Shown piece after piece: positions 1-10,600 of a stretch of 64,000 nt of DNA (the first letter of the stretch is position 1; each line of letters begins with the position of its first letter). Under the pieces are notes generated by a model, which saw only the letters and a list, made by a program, of their open reading frames with translations, was not told where the DNA came from and made no database searches. This DNA is from Elusimicrobiota bacterium (GTDB taxonomy: Bacteria > Elusimicrobiota > Elusimicrobia > UBA1565): contig JBDREN010000083.1 of the NCBI GenBank assembly GCA_043819795.1, positions 5,298 to 69,297 of the forward strand, given 5' to 3'. A program made the position numbers and the translations under genes.

Positions 1-714
1 CCCCTTCAGGAAATCCCCGTCTCCCGGACGGGAGCGGTCGAGCGCCGCGTGCTCCGTCTTCATGAGGTCCACCACGAGGCGGGGCGGATCCTTCGCGACG
101 AAGGCGCTGTACGGGACCGGCCGGTCCAGCTTGAGCCGCACCTGGTCGGCGCCGACCTCGACGCCGCGCAGCGAGGCGACCCTCGCGGGCACGGGCGGCA
201 GGGGCGAGAGGATCCCGAGGGCCCGTCTAGCCGGGGAGCTCTCCGAAGCCGGGCCCGACAGCGGCCCCAGAGCGTCCTTCAGGTCGCCGGGGACGTCGGG
301 CACGAGGCGCAGCGACATCTCGGACCCGAGCCAATAAGTCCAATAGCGCGCCTCGGCGCTCAGGTCGAGTACGATCCGCGTCACCGGCACGGGATCGGTC
401 TCGAACTGACCGCTGCGGACGGCGCGGAACGGCGCGCCCCGCCCTTCCCACAAGCGCGGCGCCGCGTCGTGGACGGTATCGAAGAGGTCGACCACAAGGC
501 GCGGCGGGTCGTGGAGGAGGAAGGTCGCGTGCCGCGCGGGGTTGTCCAGCGAGATCTGAATCCCGTCCGAGAAGACCTGCACGCCCTGGAGGACGCTTTC
601 CGCCAGCGCCTGCCGGGGCGGCAGCGCGGACGCGACGACGAACGCGGCCAGCAGAGCCCCGGCGGCCGTGCGGGTGCCGCACCGGCAGACGTCTAGGTTT
701 TTCGGTTTCATCAT
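1..714 (-). CDS. AMIN-domain secreted protein, N-terminal part (gene runs off window start); signal peptide MMKPKNLDVCRCGTRTAAGALLAAFVVASALPPRQALA followed by three AMIN-like repeats (..PPRLVVDLFDT.., ..VTRIVLDLS.., ..PPRLVVDLMKT..); amidase AmiC-type or secretin-type N-terminus
   Basis: Hand translation of minus strand from ATG 714; open to position 1 in frame (no tta/cta/tca at positions =1 mod 3); start abuts OMP stop (TAAATGATG). Not in the supplied ORF track because it is truncated. Confidence 0.6.
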   Translation of the reverse strand, partial: MMKPKNLDVCRCGTRTAAGALLAAFVVASALPPRQALAESVLQGVQVFSDGIQISLDNPARHATFLLHDPPRLVVDLFDTVHDAAPRLWEGRGAPFRAVRSGQFETDPVPVTRIVLDLSAEARYWTYWLGSEMSLRLVPDVPGDLKDALGPLSGPASESSPARRALGILSPLPPVPARVASLRGVEVGADQVRLKLDRPVPYSAFVAKDPPRLVVDLMKTEHAALDRSRPGDGDFLKG

Positions 715-2379
715 TTAGAACATTACCCTCAGGTTGAAGGATGTACGGTCGTCTTTGTAGTTGAACTGGCCGCTGAAGCGCGAATGGCGCTGCCGCCGGC
801 CGTAGGCGATCCCGGTGGACAGCCAGCGCCGGACCGCGTAGTCGGCGCTCAGGGTCCCGCCGTAGAGATCGTCGCGCCGGTTGGCCGACTCCCCGGACAC
901 GGTGGACGACTCCGGGTAGCGGTCGGTCTGGAGGCTCCCGTCGATGGACACCTTCAGCTTGTGGTACGTATGGCTGGCGCCCAGGCTGGCCCCCGTCGCG
1001 ACGTAATAACGGTTGCTGGAGAAGGTCGCCTCGTTGATCCTGCGGAACGCGCCGATCCGCACATTGGTGCGGCTTCCCGGGGCGTAGACCAGCTGGACGG
1101 AGGTCAGCAGATTCCGAACGTCCCTGTCGCCGCCGGCGGGGGCGTAGTCGTAGCGGCGCAGCTGCGCGTCGGCCTGGACTCGCCCCGAGAGCTTCGCCGT
1201 CAGGCGCCCGTCCACCCCCAGCCCGAAGCGGTGGGACTTCGAATGCTTCCGCGCTCCCGCGGAGTAGTGGATGATCTGGCGGCCGTAGGCGGCGAACAGG
1301 CGCGTCTTCGGCTGCAGCCGTATGCCCGCCTCGCCTTCTATCGAAAGCTCGAAGCGGTTGAGGTTAGAGGAAAGAGACGGGTCGAGGTACTTGTGCAGCA
1401 CGTGCAGCCCGGAAAGCTTGTAGACGAAGCGCCGGCTGCGGGCGTGATCGACGCTCACGCCGAGATCGGCCTTCGTGCGCCGCTTCCGGGCGACGAGCTC
1501 GCTGAAGGCCGGGTCCTCCGTGTTGAGATAGGTCTCCCACGCGCGCATCGAGACGCCCCTGCGCCCCTTGTGGGCGAAAGCCACCTTGATGAGCTGATCC
1601 ACGGAGTTGTTGGCCTTCGGCTGCCGGGAGTACGTGGTCAGCTTCGAGTCGTAGACCACGTCCAGGCGGTTGCGCCGGTTGAACGGGACGGCGAAGTCCG
1701 CTCCCAGGTTGTTCTGGGTGATCCAGGAGCTCCTCACTCCTCCGCCGGTGCGAGCCCCGTTCGCCCTGTCGGGCGGGACGAGATAGATGTTCGAGTCGTA
1801 TGTCTGCCTCAGGCCGTAGTACGGATGCACCTCGATGACCAGGCGCAGCTCCGGCTTCTTGAAGCGCGCCATCTTGTCGAAGGCCCTGGCCAGCCCGGCG
1901 AGCGGGTCCCAGGCGGCGGGTGGAGCGGGCTCCTCGGGGAGCGGGGGCCTGAGGGGAGCGGGCAGCTCTCCGGCCTTGGGCCCGGTCAGAGGCACGAACT
2001 GCCCGGCTCCGACACCGACGGCGGCCGCGCCGCGGGGGGTGACCTCGACCTCCCCGGCGTGGACGAGCATATGCCCCTCCCCTTCCGCGATCAGGAACGT
2101 GAACGAGTCGCCCTTGTCCGCGCGGACCAGCGTCTCCTCCACCAGCAGCAGAGCGTCACCCTCGACGATGGACGCGCGCGCGCCGGAAGGCAGAGAATAG
2201 CCGGAAGAACCGGGAGCGAGGCGGACCGGCCGCTTGTCCACCTCCAGGAGCAGCTTGTCCGAAAAACCGATGACCTGCAGCTTCAGGTCCGCCTTCGTTT
2301 GAGCCAAGCAGGTGTTCGCCGCGATGAGAAGGCCGGCAGCCGCTATACAAGCGCGGATACTCCGGTCCCAGTCAATCAT
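715..2379 (-). CDS. outer-membrane beta-barrel protein (554 aa from MIDWDRSIRACIAAAGLLIAANTCLAQT signal peptide; C-terminal ...FNLRVMF aromatic terminus typical of OMPs)
   Basis: ORF 715..2553; internal Met at 2379 followed by signal peptide; alternating beta-strand pattern and C-terminal F. Confidence 0.6.
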   Translation of the reverse strand: MIDWDRSIRACIAAAGLLIAANTCLAQTKADLKLQVIGFSDKLLLEVDKRPVRLAPGSSGYSLPSGARASIVEGDALLLVEETLVRADKGDSFTFLIAEGEGHMLVHAGEVEVTPRGAAAVGVGAGQFVPLTGPKAGELPAPLRPPLPEEPAPPAAWDPLAGLARAFDKMARFKKPELRLVIEVHPYYGLRQTYDSNIYLVPPDRANGARTGGGVRSSWITQNNLGADFAVPFNRRNRLDVVYDSKLTTYSRQPKANNSVDQLIKVAFAHKGRRGVSMRAWETYLNTEDPAFSELVARKRRTKADLGVSVDHARSRRFVYKLSGLHVLHKYLDPSLSSNLNRFELSIEGEAGIRLQPKTRLFAAYGRQIIHYSAGARKHSKSHRFGLGVDGRLTAKLSGRVQADAQLRRYDYAPAGGDRDVRNLLTSVQLVYAPGSRTNVRIGAFRRINEATFSSNRYYVATGASLGASHTYHKLKVSIDGSLQTDRYPESSTVSGESANRRDDLYGGTLSADYAVRRWLSTGIAYGRRQRHSRFSGQFNYKDDRTSFNLRVMF

Positions 2380-2439
2380 CCTGGACGATGGGCGCGCCGC
2401 ATCCGATAGCGATTCCTCCTTACGACGACAATCCGGCAA

Positions 2440-2480
2440 GAAAAACGCCGCGGCGCCCCCCGCGGGGGGGTTTGTCGCGG
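2440..2480 (-). terminator. GC hairpin (CCCCCCCGCGGGGGG / CGCCGCGGCG) followed by TTTTTCTT on minus strand between LysM gene and OMP gene; terminator or attenuator
   Basis: Palindrome plus T-run read on minus strand; sits between a TTGACA-17-TATCCT promoter-like sequence and the AAGGAGG of the OMP leader. Confidence 0.3.
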
Positions 2481-2604
2481 CGTCAATGGTCCTAAAGTCC
2501 TTATAGGACTTTTGGGAACATCGAAGGATAACCGAAATTACGCGATTTGTCAAGACTCTACACGCTCTTTTCGCAAAGTAGCCTTACTGTGGCGGAGCCT
2601 GCCC

Positions 2605-3378
2605 TCACCTCTTGACCACCGGCACCAGCAGCTTCTGGCCCGGCGTCAGCTCCCCTCCGCGCTGGATCCTGTCGTGATTGGCCTGATACAGCTCGATCCA
2701 GCGCTCGGCGCTCCCGTAAAGCTTGGTCGCGATGCTGCGCAGCGTGTCTCCCCGCCGGACCACGTAGATCCGCGCCCGCGACTCCTCGGAGGGAAGGCCC
2801 CCGTCGCGGAGCGTGGCCTCGATGACGTCGAGGCGCTTGCGCGACTCCTCGGCCTCGCGCTTGGCGCGGCGCGCCTCCGCCTGGGCCTCTTCGACCTCCC
2901 TCTTGAGTTTGTCGAGCTCCTCGGACGACGGAGCGGGGACCTCGACAGAATCCCCCGCCTGCCCCGGATCCGGCGCGGCGGCCGCCGGCGCCTCGACCTG
3001 GATCACCTCCGGGGGACGCGAAGCCTTGGCCGCCCAGCCTGTTCCCGGCGGGGCCTCCACCGTCAAGCGGTAAGCCGCCGAGAGCGCCTCTTCGGGGATC
3101 GCGGAATCCTCTCCCAGGGTCGCGATGAAACGCCCCTTCTCGGCCAGAACGTAGCGGGACTCTCTCCAGACCTCCTTGCCACCGGCGAATTCGTTCCAAA
3201 GGCGGAAGTGCAGCAGGAAGGTCCCGTTCTGCGGTTGGCCTCCGGAATCGGTGAGCTCCCCGGAATATCGCAGGGTCGTCCTGCCCGCGGATGCCGGCAG
3301 ACACAGGATCATGACCGCCAGGGCCGCCAAAGCGCACGGACGAACGCCGGATGTGGATGTGTCGCGCGTCGTTCTCAT
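2605..3378 (-). CDS. LysM-domain periplasmic protein with signal peptide and central coiled coil (257 aa)
   Basis: Start MRTTRD at 3378 with GGAGGA SD; ATGA overlap with upstream response-regulator stop; C-terminal LysM motif YVVRRGDTLRSIATKLYG...YQANHDRI...L.PGQKL. Confidence 0.8.
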   Translation of the reverse strand: MRTTRDTSTSGVRPCALAALAVMILCLPASAGRTTLRYSGELTDSGGQPQNGTFLLHFRLWNEFAGGKEVWRESRYVLAEKGRFIATLGEDSAIPEEALSAAYRLTVEAPPGTGWAAKASRPPEVIQVEAPAAAAPDPGQAGDSVEVPAPSSEELDKLKREVEEAQAEARRAKREAEESRKRLDVIEATLRDGGLPSEESRARIYVVRRGDTLRSIATKLYGSAERWIELYQANHDRIQRGGELTPGQKLLVPVVKR

Positions 3379-4625
3379 GGGATCTCCTCCCGTATTCGTT
3401 CTTCGAAGGCCGACAAGGGCCGGACATGGACGGTGCCGGAGCCGTCCCGGCCCATCCATACGTCGTCGCCCCGCAGCGTGAAGCCGGACAGCGGCGCCCC
3501 CCCCTCGTTCAAGAGCGGGAGGCTGTAGACGGCCAGGACGCCCAGCCTGGCGTCGAGCCGGTGCCTGTAGATCATCCGCGTCTCCGAGTCGGCCGACCAG
3601 AAATACGAGCCGTCCTTGAAGATGGAGGAGGGGGCCCTGCCCGGGGCCGGATAGCTCTCGAGCACCGTCAAGCCGGCGTCGATCCCATGCTGATAGAACC
3701 GCCGCTCCGAGGCGTCGCTGGACCACAAGTAGCGACCGTCGAAATAGACCCCGGCGGGGTTCGGTCCCGGGCTCCGATAGGCGCGCACGAGAGAGAAACG
3801 CTCGTCGAGGCGGCGCTTCTGGATCTCGCGCTTCCAGGAGTCGCATACGTAGAGATGCTCGCCCGAAACGGCGATCCCCGTGATATGCGTCTCCGGCAGG
3901 TGAACGGAGCGGACGACCTCGAGGCGGTTGCCCCGGCGCTCGTACTCGTAGACGCTCTGCGTGACCCAGTCGGCGCTCCAGAGCCGGTCCCCGCGCCAGA
4001 CAAGCGCCGTGGCGTTCTCGTGGGGGATGGCGAAATCCCTGCCCGCCTGCCGTCCGTAGAGCGTCCAGAGGATCCAGGCGCAGAACGCTCCCGCGATGAG
4101 CGCGCCCGCCAGCAGCCACGGCCACCCGGACGCTTCGCGCTTCGCCGGCCCGGCGGACCGGCCGCGCGCCGGCAGAGGCGCGGGACGGGCGTCCAGCGGC
4201 GCGATGACCCCGCGGACCTTCTCCGCGAGACGGCGTCCGAGGACTCCCATCCCTTCCGGAGCCTTGCCGCCGGTGAGAACGCGGTCCACGGTCTCCCTCA
4301 GCTCCCGGTTGCTGAAAGGCTTGGCCAGATAGTGGCTCGCGCCCAGCTGCATGACTTCCACGGCCGACTCCACGCTGCCGTAGCCGGTCACCATCACGAC
4401 CGGCGTCGTCCCATCGACCTCCCGAAGCTTGCGCAGGATCTGCACGCCGTCCATCCCCGGCAGGCGCATGTCCAGCAAGACGAGGTCCGCGCCCTCGCGG
4501 GACAAAAACTGCAGCGCGGTGGGGCCGTCCCCGGCCTCGTAGACCTGGTGACCCAGCCGGCTAAGGACGTTCGCGAGCGCCATCCGCATGTCCGCTTCGT
4601 CGTCTACCACCAGGATGCGTGCCAT
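3375..4625 (-). CDS. response regulator with N-terminal REC domain, one TM helix and a C-terminal extracytoplasmic repeat (beta-propeller-like) domain
   Basis: MARILVVDDEADMRMALANVLSRLGHQVYEAGDG..LVLLDMRLPGMDG = CheY-like receiver; TM WPWLLAGALIAGAFCAWILWTLY; 5 repeats with (L/F)(W/Y)xxD(W/S) motifs. Confidence 0.85.
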   Translation of the reverse strand: MARILVVDDEADMRMALANVLSRLGHQVYEAGDGPTALQFLSREGADLVLLDMRLPGMDGVQILRKLREVDGTTPVVMVTGYGSVESAVEVMQLGASHYLAKPFSNRELRETVDRVLTGGKAPEGMGVLGRRLAEKVRGVIAPLDARPAPLPARGRSAGPAKREASGWPWLLAGALIAGAFCAWILWTLYGRQAGRDFAIPHENATALVWRGDRLWSADWVTQSVYEYERRGNRLEVVRSVHLPETHITGIAVSGEHLYVCDSWKREIQKRRLDERFSLVRAYRSPGPNPAGVYFDGRYLWSSDASERRFYQHGIDAGLTVLESYPAPGRAPSSIFKDGSYFWSADSETRMIYRHRLDARLGVLAVYSLPLLNEGGAPLSGFTLRGDDVWMGRDGSGTVHVRPLSAFEERIREEIP

Positions 4626-4626
4626 G

Positions 4627-7600
4627 TCATCCTCTCTTCGCTTCGACCGAAAGCGTCACAGTCGAGGTGCTGCCCGCGTCCTTCTTGCTCCGGAACTCGA
4701 AGGAACCGCCGTGCGCCGCGACGATCCGTTTCGCGATCGCCACGCCCAGCCCCAGGCCGCCGGCCTTCATGGTGTAGAACGGCCGGCCCACATCCTTGAC
4801 GTGCTCCGGCGCCACTCCGGCGCCGGTGTCGGAGACCTCGACGCGGACGGTCCCGCGCGCCGCCTGATAGCGGGCCCTGATCGTCAGAGTGCCTCCCTCC
4901 GGCATCGCCTCGATCGAGTTGAGCAGCAGGTGCAGCAACGCCTCCTTGAGCCGCTCCGAATCGCCGCGAAGCTCCGGGACACCCTCCGCGACATCCGCCA
5001 CGATCCTGATATGCTTCTCGTCGCACTGCCGGGCGACCTCCGCGACGGCCGAGTCGATCCACGCCTCGACCTCGAGCGCCTGCGGCTTCAGGCCCAGGGG
5101 GCGAGTGAAGTCCGTGAGCTGCTCCAGACGCTCCCGCAGGTTCCCGATCGCCCGGAGGATGGCGTCCATGGTCGCGCGCTCCTTGCCGCCGACCCACAAT
5201 CCGGAGAGCCGGTCCTCCGCCAGGCTCTGGATGATGCCCAGCGGGTTGCGGATCTGATGGGCGATCCCGAAGACGAGATCGGTGAGCTCGGTCTCGAAGG
5301 CCACCTGCGGCAGGCGCCCCGTCTCCGCCTCGGGCTTCAGCCCGGAGAGCAGCCGGTCGCGCAGCTGACGGAGCTCCCTCTGCCGCCGCTCGATGTCGAC
5401 CTCCGCCCCGGCAAGCTTGTCCTCGCGCCCCTGGGACTGCCTTTCCCTGGCCGTCATCTCCTCATCGAGCTTCCGGCGACGACGCTCGAGCTCGGCCTCC
5501 TCATTCTTGAGCCGCTCGCGCAGCTTCTTGTCCGTCCCCCGCAAGAGCTCCTCGACTTCCTCGCGGCGCCGCTCGACCTCCGCTTCCTTCTGAGCGGACT
5601 CGTCCATGAGGCGCTTCTCGCCGGACTGCTCGCGCTCCTTGAGCGCCTTATCGCGAGCGTCGAGCTCCGCCTCCCTCTTGTGAAGCTCGGACGACGCGGT
5701 TTCCTGCTGCTTCTGCAGGCGCTCGCCTTGGAGCCGCGCGGTCTGCTCGACCTGGACGGCGCTCTGCTCTTCGAGCTCCTTGCGGCGCTCATCGAACTCA
5801 GCCTCGAGCCTGGTGCGCTCCACCACGAGCCTCTTGCGGTTGGCGGCCAAGAGGGCCGACTCCTTCTCGGCCAGGACGGTCCGCATCTCGCGCTCGAGCT
5901 CCTCGCGACGCCGCGCCTGGTCCTCATCCGCCGCCCTCTGCGACTCGCGCAGCAGACGGCGCTCGTGCTCGAGCTGCGCGTCAAGGTCCCGCTCGTGCGC
6001 CAAACGGCGCTCCTCCCCCTGCTTCTCCAGGAGGTCCTCGCGCTTGCGCAGCTGATCCTCCAGGCTCTCCGCGTGCAGGCGGAACTCCTCCTCCTTCTCC
6101 TTGAGCTGCGCGCGGAGATCGTCCTCTTTGGTCTGCAGATCCCGGTCGTAACGCGCGCGCTCCTCGCGCCGGATGCCGCGACGCGCCTCCTCGACCTTGT
6201 GCAGGAACTCCTTCTGAAGCGCGGCGCGCTCGGCGTCGAGGCCCTCCTCGCGCCTGGCCATCTCATCGCGCAGAGCGACGTGCATCTCCTCGGACGACTT
6301 GCGCAGCTCCGCGCGGTTGCGCTCCTGAGCCTCGCTGACCTCATTGAGCAGCGCCTCCTCCCGCTTCTTCCACGCGCGCTGAAGCTCCTCTTCCCTGCCC
6401 AGATGCTCCCGCTGCAGGGCCGTCTCGCGCTCGCGGAAGTCGCGCTCGAGCTCGGCGCGGCGGGCGTCGAGCCCCGCACGGGCGCGCTCGAGCGCCTCGC
6501 GCTCCGCCGCGACGGACTGCCGCAGGTCGCTGCGCTCCCGCTCCAGCTCGGCCTCGCGTTCCTCGACCGACTCGCGCATGGCCGTCTCCTTGCGCGCGTA
6601 GGCTTCCCGCAGCTCCGTCTCCCGGGCCTTCAGCTTCCGGCGACTCTCCTCGACCTCGACCTCGAGCTCGGCCTTGGCCTTCGCCCAATCCTCCCGCAAC
6701 GCCTCCCGCTGCGCATCGAGATGACCCGAGACCTCCGCCTCGGCCTCCTCGCGCGCGCGCCGCAGCTCGGCCTCCTTCTCGCTGACCGCCTTCTCCAGAG
6801 CCCGCTCCCTCTCGCGGTACTCCCGGGCCACTCCGCTCTTAAACGACTCCAGCTCCCGGGACCGCCGCACCTCCTCGGCCGCGAGCTCGGCGCGCTCCCG
6901 CTCGAGCTCCCCGTGACGCGCCTGGTAGGCGGCCTGCAACTCCTCCTGCCGGTTGCGATACTCGGCCTCCAGGCCGGCCCGGGCCTTTTCGACGTCCCGA
7001 CTTCGCTCCGCCAGCGCGGCGCTCTTGCTCTCGATCTCCCGGACCTGCTCCTGCCGCTCCCGCTCGAAGCGCGCGGCCAGCTCGGTTCTCTGGTCGGCCA
7101 GCTCCTTGCGAAGCTCGGCCTCGCGATGAACGAAGGACTCCTCAAGAGCCTGCTCGCGCTTCCGGAGCGAATCCTCCACACGCTTTTGGGCCGCCCCCAG
7201 CCCCTCGGTCTGGCGTTCGAGCTCGGCCTGACGCGCGCGAACGCCCTGCTCCTGCTTCTGCTGCTCCATGGCCAGAGCATCGCGAAGCTCGGCCTCGCTC
7301 TGCGCGAACGACTCCTCAAGAGCCTGCTCGCGTTTCCGGAGCGAGTCCTCCACGCGCTTGCGGGCCGACTCCAACTCCTCGGTCTTACGTTCGAGCTCGG
7401 CCTGACGCGCGCGAACGGCCTGCTCCAGCGTCTGCTGCTCCGCGGCCAGCGTCTCGCGGTCGCGCTCGAAGCCGGCGCGCAGCTCCCGTTCGCGCAACGC
7501 CGAGGCGGAACGCACCCCCTCCTCCCGCGCCCGGAAGGCGTTCTCGAGCTGCGTCTCGCGCTCACGCAGGCTTTTCTCAACCTGTAATTTGGACGCGTCG

Positions 7601-10600
7601 AGTTCCCGCATCCGCCGCGCCAGCTCCGCCTCGAGGCGCTCGCGCTCAGCGGCGAGCTCCTCCTCTTTCTGCCGGACCGCCGATTCCACCTCGGCCGCGC
7701 GGTCGCCGTGCTCGCTCTCCAGCAGCGACCGCCGGTGCGCGAGCTCTTCTTGGAAAGCCTTGCGCTCCCGCTGCGTCCGGGCGGAAAGCTCCGCGTCCCG
7801 CTTGGCGAACCCCGCGCGCAGCTGTTCCTCCCGCGCCGAGTAGGCGCGCTGCAGATCGGCCTCACCCTCCCGCGCGCGCTCCTCGAGCGCGAGGCGAGCC
7901 TCCTCGAGCGCCTTTTCCTTGCGCGCGAGCTCGTCCTGTCGCTGCTCGGCGGCCTGATCGAGCTGCTTTTCCTTATATATGAGCTCGGCCTGGCGCTCGG
8001 CAAGGACGCGCTCGTGCTCCTCGTACGTCTCCTGAAGCCGCCGGCGCTCCTCGACGAGCGCGGCGCGCAGCTCGCTCTCTCGAGCCGCCAACGCCGAGCG
8101 CGACTCCTCCTTCCGCTTCTCGAACTCGCGCTCGAGCCGCGCCTCGCGTTCCTGCAGCCTCTTTTCCTCGTCCATCCGGGACGTCTCCAGCTCGCGCTTC
8201 TTGCGCCCCGTCTCGTCCTCGATGCGGGTGCGCTCGCGCTCGATGGCCTCCTCCCTCCCGCGCAACACCAGGTCCATCTCACGCTGACGGTCCTCGAACG
8301 CCCGGTGCATCTCGGCGCGCTCGCTCTCCGACTCCACCTTGCGCCGCTCAAGACGCTCCATGGCCTGGGCGCGCTCGTTGTTCGCGGCGTCCTCGCGCTT
8401 CCGGAAGTCCGACTCGAGCTCCGATAGACGCTGCTGGTGGGCCTTCTCCAGATCAGCCTCCTGGGACCGGATCGCCTTCTCCAGCTCGAAACGCAGGCGG
8501 TCCAGCTCACCCTCCCTTCGGTCGTACTCGGCCTCAAGCGCGGCGCGCTGCTTCTCAAGAGCCGCCTCGAGCTTCCGTCGAGACTCGTCCTCCCAGCGGG
8601 CCTCGCGCTCGTTGAGACGCTCCGTGAAGGACCTGAGCTCGGCCGCCAGGCGGTCCTCGGCCTCGCGCTTCGAAAGATCCTGCTTATGCTCCCATTCGGC
8701 CTTCAACTCGGCCTCGAGCTGGAGGAAGTTCTTCTGAAGCGCATCTTCGCGCTCCCGGTAGAGAGCGTCGAGAGCGGCCCGCTCGCGGGACTGATTGTCC
8801 TGCATCTCGGAGACCATCGCCTGCTCGCGCCGACGCAGATCCTCGCCAAGAGACTCGTCCTTGGACTTGTACTCAGCCTCGAGGGCCTGCCTCCGCGAGT
8901 CAAGGTCCTTGACGCGCGACTCCAGCTCGGCGGCCTGCGCCGCCATCGCCTTGCGATGCTCCTCCTGGAAGTGCTGGTACTCCTTCGCGATCTCCCTGCG
9001 CTGATGGTCCAGCCAGGCGTCGTTGCGCTTCTTCATCTCCGCGCGGGACTCCGCGAGGCGGCGCTTGTACTCGCGCTCGAGATTGTCCTGCTGGTTCTTC
9101 AGCTCGGCTTCCCGCTGGGCGATCGCCTCGCGCATCTCGCCTGCGATGCGCTCGGTCTCGTAGCGTATGCGAGCGCGATAGCTCTCGCGCTCCTCGTCGA
9201 CCTTCTGCAGCAGCTCGCTCTCACGCTGGCTCCACCGCTTCTCGAGCTCAGCCTCGCGCTCGAGATAGGACTTATCCAGCCTCGTCTCCTTCTCCCGCAT
9301 CTCCTTTTGGAGCTGCGCCTGCAGCTTCTCCAGCTCCAGCTGCTTGCGCTCGTATTCCTCCTCCAGGACCGCACGTTGCGACTCGAGCTGCGCCGCCCTC
9401 TTGACCTCGAACTCGGCCTCCGACTGGCGGACCTTGCGCTGGATCCCGTCCTCCTGCTCCTTGAGCGAGCGTTTGAGCTTCTCGGCGGACTCCTCCTCCA
9501 GGAGTTGGGCCTTGTGCGCCCGGTCATCCTTCAGCTGCTTCTCGAGGCTCACATAGTTCGAATGCAGGGTCTCCTCGCGGCTCCGGTAAAGCTCGTCGAG
9601 GGACTGACGCTCCCGCGTCAGGACGACCTGCTGCTCCTCGATGAAGCGTCTCTCCCTGAGACGCCACTCGTCGGCGAGCTCCTCCTCCCGCTTCCGGTGG
9701 TAAGCCTGGAGGGCGTCGCGCCGCTTGGCCAGCTCACCCTCCCGCTCGTTCGACTCGGCGTTGAGCGCCTCGAGGTGGGCGCGGGCGTGCTCCTTCTGCT
9801 GCTCCCGTTCGCGGATGGTCATGCGGCGCTGGCGCTCCAGCCACTGCTCCTTCTCCTTCTCGGACTCGGCCAGGGCGTCTCTCTTCCAAGCTTCGAACCG
9901 CACCGCCAGCTGCGAGTCCGCCTCCGCGAGGGCCGCGGCGTGCTGCTCCCGCTCCTTCTGACGCTCGGCCTCGAGCGCCTGCACGGTCTCCGCGAAGCGC
10001 TGCGCCTGCGCCTGGAGGGCTTCCTGCCGCCGCGAGAGGTATTCCCTCTCCTTGCCCGTCCATAGCTCCTGAAGGCCGCGCTCCATCTCGATGTACTTCT
10101 CCTCGCGCTGGGCTTCTCGGCGCTTCTGGGCCTCCTGAATGGAGACGCGCTCCGCCTCGTGCCGGCGCTCGCGCGACTGCAGGTCCTCCCAGAGCGCCCG
10201 CTTCTCCGCATCCAACTTCTCGAACTCTTCGCGGACGCGGCTCAGCTCCAGATCCTTCTCCGAAAGCTGCTTCTCGCGCTCCAGGAGCTCGCTCTGATGC
10301 CCTTCCTTCAGGTTCTTGACCCGAAGCTTCCACTCGGCCTCGCGCCGCTCGTACTCGGCGTCCAGGTGCCTGGCCTGCTGGAGCAGATGCCGGCCCTGCG
10401 CCTCCTTGAGCGCCCGGACCTCCGCGGCGTGAGCGTCCTTGGCTTCGGCCTCCCGGCGATCGTAGCGGTCCTCGAGGTCCCGCTCCAGGCGCGCGTAATC
10501 CTGCTTCATCTTCTCGGACCGGCCGAAGAGATCGGCCTCATCGCGCTGGCGCCGCTGGTCGTGCTCCTCCTTCGTCTTCTCCATCTCCATGCGGGCCGCG

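Noticed and set aside
49-696. 215-aa plus-strand ORF (and 62..337 +, 227..682 -)
   Set aside because: R/G-rich GC-artefact; the real gene is the minus-strand AMIN-domain protein with signal peptide starting at ATG 714.
2605-4125. 506-aa ORF call for LysM protein
   Set aside because: N-terminal 250 aa are an out-of-frame read-through of the response regulator gene; true start is MRTTRD at 3378 with SD and ATGA coupling.
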